The notes beneath the pieces are model-generated. The model was not told the origin of the DNA. It ran no database searches and saw nothing but the letters and a program-made list of their open reading frames with translations. Of a DNA stretch of 64,000 nt, positions 62,480 to 64,000 are shown one piece after another; position 1 is the stretch's first letter, and every line of letters starts with the position of its first letter. The DNA is from Seison nebaliae (lineage: Eukaryota): assembly GCA_023231475.1 (NCBI GenBank), contig JALJEE010002047.1, positions 1 through 64,000 of the forward strand. Reading direction: 5' to 3'. A program made the translations under genes and the position numbers.

Positions 62480-64000
62480 GTTTTTAGAGATCTCCATTTT
62501 CATAAGAGACACAGTAAATCATTATTATTATTAGCAAACATTTCTCCGATGGTTACCTCGAATTTAATTCATTAATATTGATTTTTCTATTTCATATGAC
62601 ACGACAGCGAACAAACATGAGAATCATACAATTAAAAGGTCTAGTTTTCTTCTATTTATTCTGATATTGCATCATTAGTAGGAACATTAAGAAAATGTCC
62701 TTTCCATTCATCTTCCTCTTTTTCTGGAACAAGGAGCTTACGCAAACAACTCCTCCTTCCCATCATCGACATGTGAGTAGAAGAATTGTAGAAAAAAAAG
62801 ATTTGTTAAGAACAAGAAGAACGATTGCGAAATGAATCGCAAAAAAACAAAAATTAGATGAAGCAACTGAATGATTGACTGACAATTGGAGTTCCATTTC
62901 TCAATCGTCGGCAGCAATTCTTTTATATGTACGAATCTTTTCATTCATTGTGGAAGATACTTCAGCTACATCTTATTCAGCATAAAGTATATATAGTCAA
63001 CCTCCTCAAAACGATCGATAGTCGATACTTTATTTCCCTACAATATTTCCTTAATAAAAAATAATTCCATTACCTAATCGTCAATTTTTCATCAGTCTCA
63101 CTATTATCACTTTCTCGAAATATTTTCTTCGCTGTGGTTTCATATATTCAAGTATTCATGTTTGGGCACATTATTCCCCACTTTTCCAGTTTTCTTTCCG
63201 AAATCTATTTTAGTACTTTTTCTTCGTTTTTACTTTTCGATTTTATAAAATGAATATTTTTATTGTCCTTCTATAAAAGAAGTTCTTCCTCTGTTCTTCA
63301 TTTCTATACTAATCTTCATTTCTGAGATAATCTTCTGGGATAGTCATTTTTTGGGATTTTGTTCGTTTTTCCGTTGAAGGTTGTTACTAATTAACTTCCC
63401 ACATGTTTAAAGACTATAATCTCTGCGTTATTAGAAAAGTGTGTAGGTGAGACGATAAACGATTACTACGAATCATGAACGTATTGTTTTACAACGGAAA
63501 TAGTTCAATTCTCATATTAGGAAAATGCAACACAAATTGTGTAATCTTCTCAATGTTAGTTGGAAAGACTGCCAATATGTTTCTATTTTCTAGTTCGAGT
63601 TGCCTTTAGCGATACGGTCAATTTAAACATTTATCTTATTGTCATTATCATAATCGTGTTTAAAAGTTTTAATAAATGATGATCATCACGATAATCGAAT
63701 GATAAACAAAATGTATTTATTTTGGAAATTTTTAAAAATTAATTTTTTTTAATTGAAAACCCCACAACCCCACTGAAAATCCTTGTTAAAGTTATTTAGT
63801 TGAAACTACTCACATCATCGTCTTTAAAGTAACTAAATTTGAACTGACGAAAGTAAAATCTAACAAAGATGTGAGAGAAAACTTGTTCGAAGGAAGGTTA
63901 ATATGTTGGCACATTTTCTGTAACTTCTATTGTTAGATGTATTAATGGACAATTTCCATTTTCTAATGGAAATTTAGTAGAACACGAATAATAATAGAAA

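Overview
AT-rich, compact eukaryotic (animal-type) genomic DNA. It carries ordinary nuclear genes split by very short GT-AG introns (about 42-70 nt), and I see no prokaryotic operon, CRISPR array, rRNA or tRNA. Recognisable genes in order: NDUFB3, an unknown 4-exon gene, an LMAN2/VIP36-type lectin, a CEP295/Ana1-like centriolar protein, a dystrobrevin-C-terminus-like protein, a FLYWCH zinc-finger protein, CCDC65/DRC2, a carnitine/acylcarnitine carrier, a mucin-like type II membrane protein, a greatly lengthened TOR kinase (about 3,300 aa), CASC3/Barentsz, Bicaudal-D and part of a RIM/Piccolo-like gene. Transposon debris includes several LINE relics, one an in-frame endonuclease-to-C-terminus deletion derivative, and a 3.6-kb nest of five elements just downstream of TOR. 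The most unusual signal is the splicing code. About 21 hand-reconstructed donors read (mostly A)|GTT with degenerate +4 to +6 positions instead of AG|GTRAGT, and the pyrimidine tract often follows the donor rather than preceding the acceptor. This suggests divergent 5' splice-site recognition. All gene models and family calls were made by eye from remembered motifs and need HMM/BLAST and RNA-seq confirmation.
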